A stretch of DNA of 64,000 nt, taken from positions 89,902,001 through 89,966,000 of the forward strand of contig CM059432.1 in assembly GCA_030390025.1 (NCBI GenBank). The letters are read 5' to 3'. The notes under the pieces are model-generated. The model worked only from the letters and a program-made list of their open reading frames with translations, had not been told where the DNA came from and searched no databases. The stretch comes from Squalus acanthias. Lineage: Eukaryota. A program made the translations under genes and the position numbers. Shown piece by piece: positions 37,309 to 50,544 of the stretch (positions within the stretch are counted from its first letter, which is position 1; each line of letters starts with the position of its first letter).

Positions 37309-38990
37309 GGCCGGAATTTTGCGGGGGTTCAGCAGGCACGATCGGTGGCAGGTTGTGTGGGAAAGTGGTTTTTTTTTTCCACAGCGGGTTAGGACCCCGC
37401 TGTGAACCCGCTTTCACGCGCCTTTCCCAATGTCGGGTCTGTCAGCGTTGAGCAGACCCGCCACGCAGTGGCGGGGGACCCAATTCAAGTACAGTAAACT
37501 CTTGTTTAAACGGCACTTCATCATCCGGAATTCTTTAATAACCAGCAAAATAGATAGCCGGTAATCTTGCCGAATCCATCCATTTTTCATTTTTCCGAGT
37601 CCGAGTTTCCCGCGGTGGCCGAGTTAGTCAGTGGTTTTTATTTGTTTTGTGTTAAAAATTGCCTACCTCTCTGTTATCCGGAATTTTTCATCAACTGGCA
37701 CCATCCCGGTTCCATAGGTGCCGGATATGAAAGAGTTTACTGTAATTAGTGGCTTGTTTAGAGCCAGTTAAGAATGATTTTCAGCTTACCTTTTGCATTT
37801 GAAAGCTCACCCACGGGGTCCACGCTGGTTGTGGACCACATCTGTCAAGCCGAGGCAGGAGTTCAGTGGTCATTAAATCAGCTGCTGAGTCGACAGCTTC
37901 AAATGTAAACTAAAAGCTCCCACCTTATAGAGATATCTTTCCTCAGCCACAAACTCTTCCTCACTGCATTTCCACAACAGTATCACCATGTTGCAAGTTT
38001 TTACACAAGACTGCATCCAGTCTGACCTCATTACCTCTCTCACCATTGACAGATCGCTTCTGAAATCTCTACTTCACCTTCTCCACAATCAACTGATGCT
38101 GCACAGGACAGAGGGCATCAGCACCCAACCATGTTGCTGCCCGGGAGGCCATGGATGACCTCACCATAGCCAGATTTACTTCACTTGATGCTGTGCACCC
38201 TGGCTGCCACATGATGCGCCAGGTTAGCACCACCCCACACCAACACCATAAAGCATCCCTACAATGCCCAAGCCATTCCTTTCACACTCATCACCATTGC
38301 AGGGGGTACCATTATGGATCACCATTCACTGCAACTCACTAAGCCACTTCCAAAAGTGCACACATCTGTCCAAGAACGCAAAGTGTTGAAAATAAAGATT
38401 TCAATGTTTGACACCACATTAACAGAAACTTTATATGAACATTGGATAAAACATCCAAGTGGCTACCTTTGTGTGTTGTTAGTTGGTATGATTGCACTAG
38501 GATGAGGGCGAGTGTGAGGGGTGGCTCGTGAGATGGGGATGTGATAATGTAGATAGAGAGGGATGGGTGGAGGTCCAAGGTAAGTTGGTGTGAGTAAGGA
38601 TGTGCAGGAGTAGGGTAGGGAAGGCAGAGTAATGGGGATGTGATGAGAGGTACAGCAGGATGAGGTTGGGTGTGGCTTTGTACTAACGTTTTGTGATCTA
38701 CTGAAATCATTGAAACATTTGCGGCACTGCACCCAGGTCCTCCTGACCACATCCTTGCTTGTGCCCTCCTCTGCAATGTGCAAACAGGCTGTGTTGATCT
38801 CCTGGGGAGGTCTCTTCCGCCCATGGGAAGGGAAGAGGACCTCCCTACATGCTGTGACTCCCTCCATAAGCATATGGAGGGAGTCATGGGAGAGCCTGGG
38901 TGCAGCCCTGTGCCTTTGTGCAGTCATTGTCAGTGTTTGTAGCACCTCAACACAAATGTCAAAATAAAGTTGGCCATGGTCCCATTAAAG
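37309..38990. mobile_element. Harbinger derivative of a second family (left end plus Myb/SANT exon on the minus strand, about 38927-38690)
   Basis: Terminus GGCCGGAATTTT. RAAPRLSHDSLHMLMEGV..REVLFP..RRTWVQCRKCFNDF is followed by donor-like gttagt. Confidence 0.78.
37492..37742. mobile_element. Tc1/mariner-pogo (Tigger-like) MITE nested in a Harbinger element
   Basis: TIRs CAGTAAACTCT and AGAGTTTACTG, each flanked by TA (37490-37491 and 37743-37744). Confidence 0.88.
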
Positions 38991-38994
38991 CTAA

Positions 38995-40090
38995 CACTCA
39001 CTTAATGTGCAGTTGTTGTGTGACCACGCCCAGCACATCATTATGGTGAATTCCCGCTATCCTGGCAGCAGTCATGATGCCTTCATCCTGCGCCAGTCTG
39101 GCGTGCCAGCAATCTTCCAGCCACCACGTCAAACCCCAGGGTGGCTGCTCGGAGACAAGGGCTATACGCTCTGCACTTGGCTGATGACTCCCCTCCGCAA
39201 CCCCACAACTTGTGCCCAGCACTCATATAATGACAGCCATTCTGCCACAATGAACGTCAGCGAGCAGACCATCGGGGTGCTGAAGCAACAGTTCCACTGC
39301 CTTGACCGCTCGGGAGGAGTCCTCCAGTACTCGCCGGAGCAGGTGTGCCATTTTGTGGTGATCTGCTGCATGCTCGACAACTTGGCCATCATGAAGGCGC
39401 AGCCCTTGCCACAGGGATGCGGGACTACCTCAGGAGGAGGCGTAAGAGGAGGAAGGGAGGAGGCAGGCAGCAAATCCCTGTTCCAGATGGGTTGTCAGTG
39501 AGAGCCTCATCAGACTCCGATTCCAATGAATGAAACCCCAGATCCCCGTTGCTCACCACTTCCCCACCTTACCATCCCTCTGTCATGGAACATCACAGCG
39601 TCCTCCTGGGCACAAAGCTGAAATGAGAGCCACCACAAACACACATTCCAAACAAAATTCATAAATTTATCAAATTCAAATCAAAAGAACAAAGTCAACT
39701 AATCACCATTGTGCATTCCCTTAGTGTCTGTCTTTTGTGTGCCTTATCCTACTCTATTGCTCCTAGAAAGTACTCCCTCCCCCAGTGGCTGCAACATGGC
39801 TGGTGGAAGGCTGCTGACTTTCAGTGTGGGAGACTACAGATGGCCTTGCAGGATGACCTCGAGCTGTTCTGGACCTAGAAGGCCCGGCTGCAGACTGCAT
39901 CACCTCAGTATGGGCAGCAGCAGTCTGGGCTGGCTGAATGACAGGCAGCAGCAAGGGCACCGGCAGAGTGCTGGGGGACAGATTGCTGGAGTGCTGTAAG
40001 ACCCTGCAAGTACCTTTCCACACTTGTAAACCTAGCCACGATAGCAGCAGTCTTAGCTTCCGCCTGTGCTGCAATGGAAGCTCCAATACG
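38995..40090 (+). mobile_element. Harbinger family A internal fragment: transposase C-terminal half plus deleted Myb 3' end
   Basis: QLLCDH..YPGSSHDAFILRQS..WLLGDKGY..YNDSHSATMNVSEQTIGVLKQQFHCL. Closely collinear with 1466-2400. Confidence 0.92.
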
Positions 40091-40096
40091 CCCATC

Positions 40097-43005
40097 AAGA
40101 CTGAAACAATGGTTTTCTACCGATTCCATAAATTCTGCTCACTTGCCATTGAAACCACCGGCCTTCTCAGCCACTCACTCAGGCTGAACCTTACCATACA
40201 AAACCCTAGTATCCTGTTCAACCAAGACTTCAGACCCACACAACGTCCACCTCCGCAACATAGCAAGGGCACAGAATGTACTCTGGGTGGGGGACTTCAA
40301 TGTCCATCATCAAGAGTGGCTCGGTAGCACCACTACTGACCGAGCTGGCCGAGTCCTGACGGACATAACTGCCAGTCTGGGCCTGTGACAGGTGGTGAGA
40401 GAACCAACATGACGGAAAAACCTACTTGACCTCGTCCTCACCAATCTACCTGTCGCAGATGTATCTGTCCCTGACAGTATTGGTAGCAGTGACCACCACA
40501 CAGTCATTGTGGAGACGAAGATCCGTCTTCACAGTGAGGACACCCTCCATCATGTTGTGTGGCACTACCACCGTGCTAAATGGGATAGATTCAGAACAGA
40601 TCTAGCAGCTCAAAACTGGGCATCCATGAGGCGCTGTGGGCCATCAGCAGCAGCAGAATTGTATTCCACCACAATCTGTAACCTCATGGCCCAGCATATC
40701 CCTCACTCTACCATTACCATCAAGCCAGGGGACCAACCCTGGTTCAATAAGGAGTGTAGAAGAGCATGCCAGGAGCAGCACCAGGTATACCTAAAAATGC
40801 AGTGCCAACCTAGGAAAGCTGCAACACAGGACTACATGCATGCTGAAAAGCAGCAGCAGCATGCTATAGACAGGGCTAAGCTATCCCACAATCAACGGAT
40901 CAGATCAAAGCTCTGCAGTCCTGCCACATCCAGTTGTGAATGGTGGTGGACCATTAAACAACTAACGGGAGGAGGAGGCTCCATGAATATCCCCATTCTC
41001 AATGATGGTGGAGCCCAGCATGTGAGTGCAAAAGACAAGGCTGAAGCGTTTGCAGCCATCTTCAGCCAGAAGTGCCGAGTGGATGATCCATATCGGCCTA
41101 CTCTTGAGGTCCCCACCATCACAGAAGCTAGTCTTCAGCCAATTCGATTCACTCCACGTGATATCAAGAAACGCCTGAATGCACTGGATAAAGCAAAGGC
41201 TATGGGCCCCGACAACATCCCGGCTATCGTGCTGAAGACTTGTGCTCCAGAACTAGTCGCACCTCTAGCCAAGCAGTCCCAGTACAGCTACAACACTGGC
41301 ATCTATCGAACAATGTGGAAAACTGCCCAGGTATGTCCTGTCCACAAAAAGCAGGACAAATCCAACCCGGCCAATTACCGCTCCATCAGTCTACTCTCAA
41401 TCATCAGCAAAGTGATGGAAGGTGTCATCGACAGTGCTATCAAGCGGCACTTACTCACCAATAACCTGCTCACTGATGCCCAGTTTGGGTTCGGCCAAGA
41501 CCACTCGGCTCCCGACCTCATTATAGCCTTGGTCCAAACATGGACAAAGGAGCTGAATTCCAGAGGTGAGGTGAGAGTGACTGCCCTTGACATCAAGGCA
41601 GCATTTGACCGAGTGTGGCATCAAGGAGCCCTAGTAAAACTGAAGTCAATGGGAATCGGGGGGAAAACGCTCCACTGGCTGGAGTCATACCTAGCACAAA
41701 GGAAGATGGTTGTGGTGGTTGGAGGTCAATCATCACAGCCCCAGGACATCGCTGTAGGAGTTCCTCAGGGCAGTGTCCTAGGCCCACCATCTTCAGCTGC
41801 TTCATCAATGACCTTCTCTCCAACATAAGGTCAGAAATGGGGATATTCACTGATGACTGCACAGTGTTCAGTGCCATTCAGAACTCCTCAGATAATTAAT
41901 CAGTCCATGCCCGCATGCAACAAGACCTGGACGATGTTCAGGCTTGGGCTGATAAGTGGCAGGTAACATTCGCGCCACAGAAGTGCCAGGCAATGACTAT
42001 CTCCAACAAGCGTTCGTCTAACCACCACCCCTTGACATTCAACGGCATTACCATTGGCAAATCCCCCACCATCAACATCCTGGGGGTCACCATTGACCAG
42101 AAACTTAACTGGAGCAGCCACATAAATACTGTGGCAACAAGAGCAGGTCAGAGGCTGGGTATTCTGCGGCACTGGGTCAAAATCCTGGAACTCCCTCCCT
42201 AACAGCACTGTGGGAGTACCTTCACCACACGGACTGCAGCGGTACAAGGCGGCGGCTCACCACCACCTTCTCAAGGGCAATTAGGGATGGGCAATAAATG
42301 CTGGCGTCCAACGACGCCCACATCCTATAAACGAATAAAAAAAACTATTACTCACATCAGCCCCAACACCACTGAAACCCTTATACTGCAGTGGTTCAAG
42401 GAGAAGACCTACCACCTTCTAAGGTCAACTAGGAATGGGCAATTAATGCAGTATTGCCAGAGTGGCCCACATCCTGAGAACAAAATTTTAAAATTGTGCT
42501 TCCGTCACTTGTAGACTCATTTTCTCCAATGTTCACCTTTTCTAGCCTCCCATCCTCTATCCTCCATAAACTCCAATTTGTCCAAATCTTAGCTACCTCT
42601 GTCCTGTGCCACACTACATCCTGCTTGCACATCACACCCCCTCCTACAGTGGGTACTGTCCCACAACATTTTAAATTTAAAATCTTTGTCCTTGTCTTTA
42701 AATTCACCCACCCTTCTCCAAGCACATGTCCTCTCCAGCACTTTGTGGTCCTCCATTTCTGGCAACCCCGTTTCTTCACCCCACCATTGGTGACAGAGCC
42801 TTCAGCTGACACAAAGCTGCTCATTGCAATTTCCTCCCTAATCCTCTTTGCCTCTCCACTTTTTTCTCTAATCTCTTAACACCCATCTTCCCAATAAAGC
42901 TTTCAGTCACATAATGCTTCCATGATAGCATGCCATCCATTCTCTTCTCCCTTTATTATTTTTAATGTATTTTACATATTAAAGGTGAAAATGCAAGTTA
43001 TTGTT
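40097..43005 (+). mobile_element. Old L2 3' region (40097-40240 and 42350-43005) interrupted by LINE insertions
   Basis: KTETMVF..LRLNLTIQNPSILF, then SILHKLQFVQ..FKILVLVFK-like remnants, and the tail attaaaggtgaaaatgcaagttattgttg. Confidence 0.65.
40262..42342 (+). mobile_element. Second-family CR1-group LINE, ORF2 (APE C-terminus plus RT), disrupted
   Basis: WVGDFNVHH, SDHH, KAMGPDNIP, NYRSISLLS, LDIKAAFDRVWH, GVPQGSVLGP and FTDD. Frameshift near 41785, deletion near 42170, A-rich tail. A second short 3' end lies at about 42385-42490. Confidence 0.95.
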
Positions 43006-43699
43006 GTATATGTGTTTCTCTCTCCTTCTGAGTCTATTTCCTCCACCGTCTTGGCTCCCAGCACAGTTCCTCTTTTGACCTGTCAAGACTGAAACAATAT
43101 GGGCCGTGCATCTCTCCATCTCTCCACAGCTACTGTTGATGCAACTCCATGATAGGTTAAAGGAGATGATTTTCTTTCAGGCCAAGACAAATTATGGCAG
43201 TTTTTTCTTCCTTGAAAGATTGATATCTACTCCTATGCAGTGCTCCACCTAGTGCTGCAGCACAGAATTTGATCAGTGAGGCAAATTAATCTGATTACCA
43301 TTTAATACTAGGATTAGAATCTATAGAATTTATAGTCAGGAAACCCAGACTCCACTGCTGGAATACTGGCCAAACTAGGTCTTTGCTTTAGTTGCTTTGT
43401 TGTATATAAACTGGCTTGCAGCCCAGTCCAGTTCCTCTCTAACTCAGTGATCCTGTGTTTGGGTTAAACTTGGAAATCTATTCAGGGTAGAAAAGCTTAG
43501 GATCCTTTTGACTAAAAATGGCAAATGTCACAAATCAGATTGGTGTTACAATAAATGATTTTTTTCATGGATGTATGATAAATACATGCAATTTTGTTTA
43601 AATAACAGAGGACGATGAAGCCATTCATCTATGCTTTTCCTACTGTGGTTTAGAGGTCATCACTTGTGTTAAGGTTTTTTTCCCCCCCTGCTTTCCACT

Positions 43700-44080
43700 A
43701 ATTTATTTCTTCTCTTCTCCCTGTATCAAGGTGTTGCTGGGTTATGGTTCAAAAAGAACCAAATGCCCTCCAATACCTCGCGTATGTGGAAATCTGTGAG
43801 TTTAGACAATCAACAGGTTATTTAACTGCAGGGGATGTCACATAGGCTCATTCCTGACCTCACCTGACACTCGCATACACACAGTTGCAGCAGGGGTCAC
43901 TGGATAGCAATCGGAAGTTAGTAAATTTGGTTGATTTTCCTCTCCCTAACCTACAGTTGCTGAGTCCAATCATAATGTCTTGGCTGAACCAACTAACTCA
44001 GCACAGGATGGGGCTCAAACCTGGGACATTTTTGCATCTGTATTGAGCAGTTACTCACAGCCTTAACCAGTTGAGCCGTC
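43700..44080 (-). mobile_element. Ancient tRNA-headed SINE remnant
   Basis: Minus strand begins ggctcaactggttaaggc (A-box-like) and continues to ccaggtttgagcccc (B-box-like). Confidence 0.45.
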
Positions 44081-45220
44081 ATTAGAGCTAATCTTATAGT
44101 TTAATAGAGTCTGAATCTTAAGACCGGCAACTAGTAACAATAATCAAAATGCACAATCTATTCTTTCTGTGTGTTTATACTCCGTAGTGCACATATTTTA
44201 AATGTTCTATTAAACTGCTTTGTTTAAATGAACAAGTACTGCCTTCTGTGACATTTTCTAATCAGTTCCCCTTGTCTTGTATAATCAACTCATTTTGATG
44301 CAGAGATAAGGAGCAGGCTCTACTCATCTGTCTGCTGTGTACTCATAAGAAAAAATCTAGACAGATAACAAAAGCAATATGTTTCTTATGAATCCTCAAC
44401 CATTATGGGTTGGATTTGTTTTTGCAGTAACACAAAGGCCAAGGCATTCAGTCAGAAGGAGCACATTGATGGCGTGTAGCCTGTTTTGCAACTGCTTAAA
44501 ATAAGAACCTCCTTTGCTCATGTTGATGAAAGACAAATTATCTTGTTCCAAAGCTGTACTCTTTGTAAATGTTCACCGATTATGAAGGCTGTCACTGTAT
44601 AGGCATTTGCAGAAGGGACACGGATATCATCCAAAAAGTGGCAGGTTATATTAAGGCTGAAAGCAAAAGTGTGCTCCTTTAGGAAGAATCTTAGCCATAT
44701 TGCCAGATACTGTAATACCAGTAGAACAGCATTATACCCATTCCTGCAGGATAAATAGTGGCTGGCTTGTGGCACGTGCTTGTATTGTGTCATCGTTGAT
44801 GGATTTTTTTATGCCTGAAGAGCATCCAACTGTTGCCACTACATGTTCAAAATCAACTTTAAATTTCTGCAGTTCCCTTTATGAGTGAGATCCCAATCTC
44901 AGTCCAGCAATCTGTGGTATCACCAGGTAGAGTATGGGCATCCCTGCTGAAAGAGATAGAGAAATTCTGATGGTGGATCAACCAACTGATTTTGCCAAGT
45001 TCCAGGACCCAGTACTGCAAAAATGCAAATATAGTGATGCATTTTTGAGCATGAGATATTAGAAGATAATTCAACTCTTGGCATTGGGAAGCACGAAACC
45101 TCCTTCCAATCACCTGCACCACACCATCAAACTGTATTTTCCCTGTTTCAACCACTCTCTATTAAATGACTAATTCTCATGATGTGATGTGGTGCAATAA
45201 TATTAAAGGGCATAGGACAT

Positions 45221-45630
45221 GGGCCATGAAATCCGATGGCACCATGCCTATTTCCAGGTGTAAAACGGTTGCCTAAGTATCCAATATGGCGGGCGGCATG
45301 CGCGCCCTCATTCCATGCCAGAAGTGCCCAGCCTGCCATATTGGTAAAGGCTCCTGCATAAGCTTCCAGGACACGCACCTGAAATGGGCATTAGGCCCTG
45401 TACATAGGCAACTAGGGGGCATAACGCTTGTTTGAGGTCCCCTCTCAAAATTAGTTTGCAACTGACTGCAGCATGCACCGTGCATTAACAGTCCTTAAAG
45501 GACTGGAGACTGGAAAGGTAAGTTTAATTTTTTTACTTACCTTATTGTGGAGAGGGGAGGAGCACTCCTGCTGCTCTCAGCTCCATGTTAAATTTGCAGG
45601 CCACTCACAGCCACTGCTCACCCTCTCCTG
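45221..45630. mobile_element. Harbinger-type MITE fragment
   Basis: Terminus GGGCCATGAAATC, aatatggcgg subterminal motifs and a gagcactcctgct core. Confidence 0.55.
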
Positions 45631-46622
45631 ATTGCCTTCAGTGAGTCAGAGGATTTTCTGTCCTGAAACTATAGGGATGTTTATGTCATATAGGTGAATA
45701 TCAGGGCTACTGATTTATTTTGACTGAATAAATCAAATTGCATTTTTATTAAATATTGTTCTGCGATTTTTACCTGGTGTTTAGGGGCTTGAATTCTACA
45801 ACTTGTCCATTATTCTGTGAAAATAGTAAATGAATGTCCTTTATCATTTATATATTCCTTTACCTATGTATTTACTTTTAATCCTTTACCACTTTTATAA
45901 CAAGATATACCAATTGGAGGTGAATATCTGATATTTAGAAATACATCAAAGTTACAACACACAAACAGGCCATTTGGCCAACCAATCCATGGCCTTTACC
46001 AGCCACGCAAGCAAATAGCCCTAATCAAGTGGTCCTCCTGATTCTCCTCTTCTTCCTCCTCATAGCAGAGGCACAGGGAGAAGCCTAAGTGAAAACACTG
46101 TGTTGCCTGCTGTCCAGGACTTTCTTAAATCCTCCCGCAAAAGATGTGATGCTCCCAGCAAGACGCTGAGTTAAATAAAAAACAGTCCAGGCTGCCTTCT
46201 GCATATATTATGGTGGCCTAAAACTACTCCACCCCAGTCTAGCCTCAGTGCCTGCTTTACTAAGGTATTATTTTCTGGAGGTGGGCTGCAAGCCGTAGGA
46301 GAGGGAAAATGGGAGAGACCAGCAAACTCCACCTTTCTTCCACCATTTGTATGCGGTGGGGCAGGCGAGCAGCAGGTGTTGCAGTCGACTCCCGGCAGAG
46401 GAGGAGGAAAACAAAAGAGCACAAAAACTAAAATTGCCCTGACAGTTTCTTGGGACAGGCATTTGGTGGAAGGCCTCCCTGCCCGATTTTCCTCCCTTAG
46501 CCATGCCAAAGAGAGGCGGTAACTTGAAGGAAAATCCAGGGCTCTGGTGTCACCTAGTTTTTGGAAAAGGTTTTCTGCTATAGAGTAGTCAGACACAGGT
46601 CTTTGTCTGTGATTCCTCCCAT

Positions 46623-47062
46623 CAGCCGTGACTCAGTAGGTAGCACTCTCGCTCTGAGTCTAAAGGTTGTGTGTTCACAACTTGAGCACAAAAATCTAAG
46701 CTGACACTCCAGTGTAGCACTGAGGGAGTGCTGTACTGTCGTAGGTGATGTCTTTCGGATAAGGCGTTTAACCGAGCATTCTCAGGTGGATATAAAAGAT
46801 CCCATACCACTATTCTGAAGAAGAGCAAGGGAATTCTCCCGGTGTCCTGGCCAATATTTATCCCTCAACCAACATCACTAAATGAAACAGATTATCTGAT
46901 CATTATCAGATTGCTGTTCGTGGGACCTTGCTGTGTGTAAATTGGCTGCTGCATTCTCTACATTACAACAGTGACAACACTTCAAAAGTACGTCATTAAC
47001 TAAAGCGCTTTGGGACATCCTAAGGTTGTGAAAGGTGCTATATAAATGCAAGTCTTTCTTTT
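46623..47062 (+). mobile_element. Full-length DeuSINE (SacSINE1-like): tRNA head, Deu-like core, L2-type tail
   Basis: Head gccgtgactcagtaggtagcactctc, core ggtgtcctggccaatatttatccctcaacc, tail gcgctttgggac..aaaggtgctatataaatgcaagt(cttt)n. Confidence 0.85.
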
Positions 47063-49889
47063 ATTATAAGTTTGTGAATTTTATCTGTGTGGTCAGTAAG
47101 GGGAAGAGGAGCCAAAACAGAAAAAACCCAATGAAAATGAGAAGGTCGGTTTACCTGGGCCATCCTTGTGTCAATTCTAGTGGCTAACTTATGAGCAACA
47201 TTGGTAGAAATCATATCAGGTTGTAAGTGTGCTGCAAGCCTTGCTGGCTGGAGAATGGCGCATGAGGCAGGGAAGTCTGCAACAGGAAAATAAAAAAGAA
47301 AGGCAAAAAAAAATTACAAAAATTAGTATCAATTAATTGCTTTTAAAAAAAATGCAAGCAAAAGGAAACAGTATAAAATTGTGAAATGTTAAACTGTTCT
47401 TCGTTATATTATAGAACAAGAAGTGTTCAGTTAGTCTGGAAACAGCTTACTGGGACAGTTGTGAGTCAGTAGAACCAGCGGTGGGCTGGTTCCCTGAAAG
47501 AACTCAGAAATTGTCATGTAAAACAAGGTCACCGATTCGCAGGCGGAGGGACTCCATTGCGTCAAAAAACAGAAAACAACGGTTGCTTAAACTTACTTAA
47601 TTTCGGGGCTATTGCAACGATGAGGGAGAAAGGATTTTACATTACCTCTGTTCCAGTTGAAATTGGATGTTTGGCCCAGAAGTGAAAGTACAGTATTGCA
47701 GTTCCCTATACCATCCAATCCCCGGAAGAATTTATTAACTGGAACAAACTGTACATGCTTGTGAAGTGGTATTAGAACTGAAAGGGCCAGGCTAACTGCA
47801 TACAAACTAATAAAACAACAGTACATTTTATACAGACTTAGAGAAGCAACCTGTATGCAGGTGACCTATAGAAGCAGACACGCGTGAGTTCGGACTATTT
47901 AGCAGTGGGATTACTCACACTGTGAAGAGTATATCTTCTAAAACTGTCATAAACTAGTTCTCAGTAACAAATACAGTACTCGAAGAGGATCCCATTAATC
48001 CTCTCTTCTGCGGTGGCTTTGGGGGAAAGAAAATATTGTCAACAAGCATTTTCTTTGAAAAGATGGGGTAGTGAGCCCATCAGCAGCAGAGAGGGAGAAG
48101 CTCCAAGTGGAAAATTCCCAGTCACTGACTTCCCGAAAACGCATCATCATTGTAAAATGTATGCACTGGATTGGGGCGCCCTAAAACTGGCTTAGAAAGT
48201 TAGAATGTTCCAAATTCAACTGATTCAAGCTGTCAGTGTTGTGGAGGCTCACGGGAACCATTTAAGGGGGCACTCGGGCAATTTCCCGATTTTCCAATAG
48301 CCAGTCTGCCTCTGAGTAGAACTGCAGTAACTTGGAAAAATGGTACTGGTTTCTTTTTTCCTTCATGTCCAAAATGTTTGAAAAACAAATACAGAACTAA
48401 TTATGTTACTAATGGGTTTGCAGGAATTAACCCTTACTTGAGTGAGTGTTTTTACCATTAAGGCTGTATGTGTGGTGCATTACCTGGAAGTTTCAACAAA
48501 AGCACTGTGGTTGATGTAGTCAAAAAAAAAATCCTGGTGTAAGTGGTAAAGCAGAAGTTTATAATGCTGAAAAGCACATCAATACATATATTATTCAGAT
48601 GGGAATGTGAGTCCATTATTGAACGCAGTTGGTTTGTTGAAGAATGTAAAGCTCTATACATTAACCACAGGAGAACAGTGCGCCACGTTTAATATTAATA
48701 ATGGAAATATTTAGGACCTGACGTGACAAACATTATTGTGGAAAGTGATTTGTGGACATTTGGATGGGTTTATTGTGCACTTGAAGGCTTTTTGTACTTC
48801 AGTATATTTTCAGCAGTCCGTTTTGTATAATTGCAGTATCTTTGTGACAATTTTTCACATCGGAATGTGGGCACGAGGAAAGTTAGTAATCCAGCACACT
48901 AATTTTTTTATTATTTTTATTACAGGAAATAATTTTGTTTACTTTTTGGATAATTTAGATATTCATGAAGAGAGGGATGTTAGTAATGGGGAATTGACTA
49001 CTTTTAGTATCCAGTGTCAATTTTGGTTCAACACGAATTAGATTCAAAGTATATCTCCCTCTATTTTGTCCAAAGAATGTGCTTGAAGTCACAAGCTCAG
49101 ACAGCATGTCTTAGTTCACAAGTGTAACAGTGACACAAAGTCTGAAGACAGAAAAAAAATTAAAACAATGTTTGATGTGGCACAACGTACAAGAGAATCA
49201 TTTAGAAAATACGTTAAAAGAAAATATATCATGTTATATAATCTCAGATTAAAATAAAAGTATTCTTAATAGACCAATTATGATTTTGTAATTGTATTTA
49301 TGTGACATACTCAATTGGTCAAGCACAGGAGAGCATTATTTCCAAAAAAAACTGCAAAAGAAATTCTGTAAAATATACACAGTACAAATTTCAATTCTGG
49401 AATTTTTGTTCCTCAAGGTGGGACTTAAAAATACATCTCATAACTTTATTTAACAATTACTGATTCTTAATGAAAGTTGAGGTGATCACATTTCAGACAG
49501 TAATTTGCTTGTTGTTCACACACTCCCTTGTGGTTTCACCAGCCTACAATCTTTCTGCATAGCCACATCAGCGATGCTGTTAGCCATATTCCTAGGACCA
49601 CCAACTGCAATGAAACAATGCAAAATGGGGTTTCCTTTTACCTCCCGATTTTCTGTCATGTTTATCTTTATAAAAGCTGCCCACCACCACACTTCTTCCA
49701 CCTTCTGGGATGGCAAAATCATCCATGAACAACATCCATAGGAACCTAGAAGATATGCTTTGAAATAGCCCAGCTTACTCTTGCTGTATTGTGTGATGGA
49801 ATAACGTCCTTTGTGCATAATACTCAATGAAGGGGTACAGCTGCAAACTGACAGGCCTCACTCAACCCAGGAAATCACATTCATGGGAC

Positions 49890-49964
49890 AGGCAGCCCTG
49901 GATTTACAACTCATGACCTCTGCCTGTGAGTCAAATGCTCTACCACTTGGGCTAGCAGGCTGCC
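49890..49964 (-). pseudogene. Degenerate tRNA-derived sequence (pseudogene or SINE head)
   Basis: tagcccaagtggtagagc (A box/D arm) and GGCAGCC/GGCTGCC ends. The T arm does not pair. Confidence 0.4.
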
Positions 49965-50544
49965 TTAATTAGTGTCTATAACAGCCAATGAGTTTGTGTA
50001 GGAGATGCAGAGTGTCTTGATCATAATGATATGTCCTTGGGCAGGCATGTTGTTGCCTTTATTTCCTGTGGGTCAAATAAACTGCAGTTAATGGTACTGT
50101 GATCTCTCGGCACAGAGATTGGGTCACTGGCACATTATGGATCAGATTACCCAATAGTATAAACCATTTTAAGGAGTTTGTAACTTTTCATTGACTATGT
50201 TTGCTGCAAAAAGGACTAAAATAACTTGGTTTCAATTAACATTGTAAAATAGATGGTTCATAGTTGTATTTATTTGCCAGAGAATGGTTTGAGTTCATAT
50301 ACACTTAGAAAACGATTCCATTTTCAGTACATTTGACTTTGTCAGATATGTACCTTTGTGGGATAGCTTGAGGCACACCATGCTGCATATTACTTTTATC
50401 TAGTATGGGTCAAGGGCCAAGCAGCAGGACTATATAATCCACACATTTGCCATCATCTGCATACCACTGATTAAAATAAATATTGTTTCAAAGCCTGTTC
50501 TATTAGTAATGATTAAAACATTAAAAAGAAATGCTTTATTCATT

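Noticed and set aside
44500..45160. Coding-like composition with short ORFs on both strands
   Set aside because: Stops in all frames and no motif I can identify; possibly an old TE ORF, needs blastx.
49890..49964. Functional tRNA gene
   Set aside because: T arm and B box do not form and arm spacing is wrong; at best a tRNA-derived relic.
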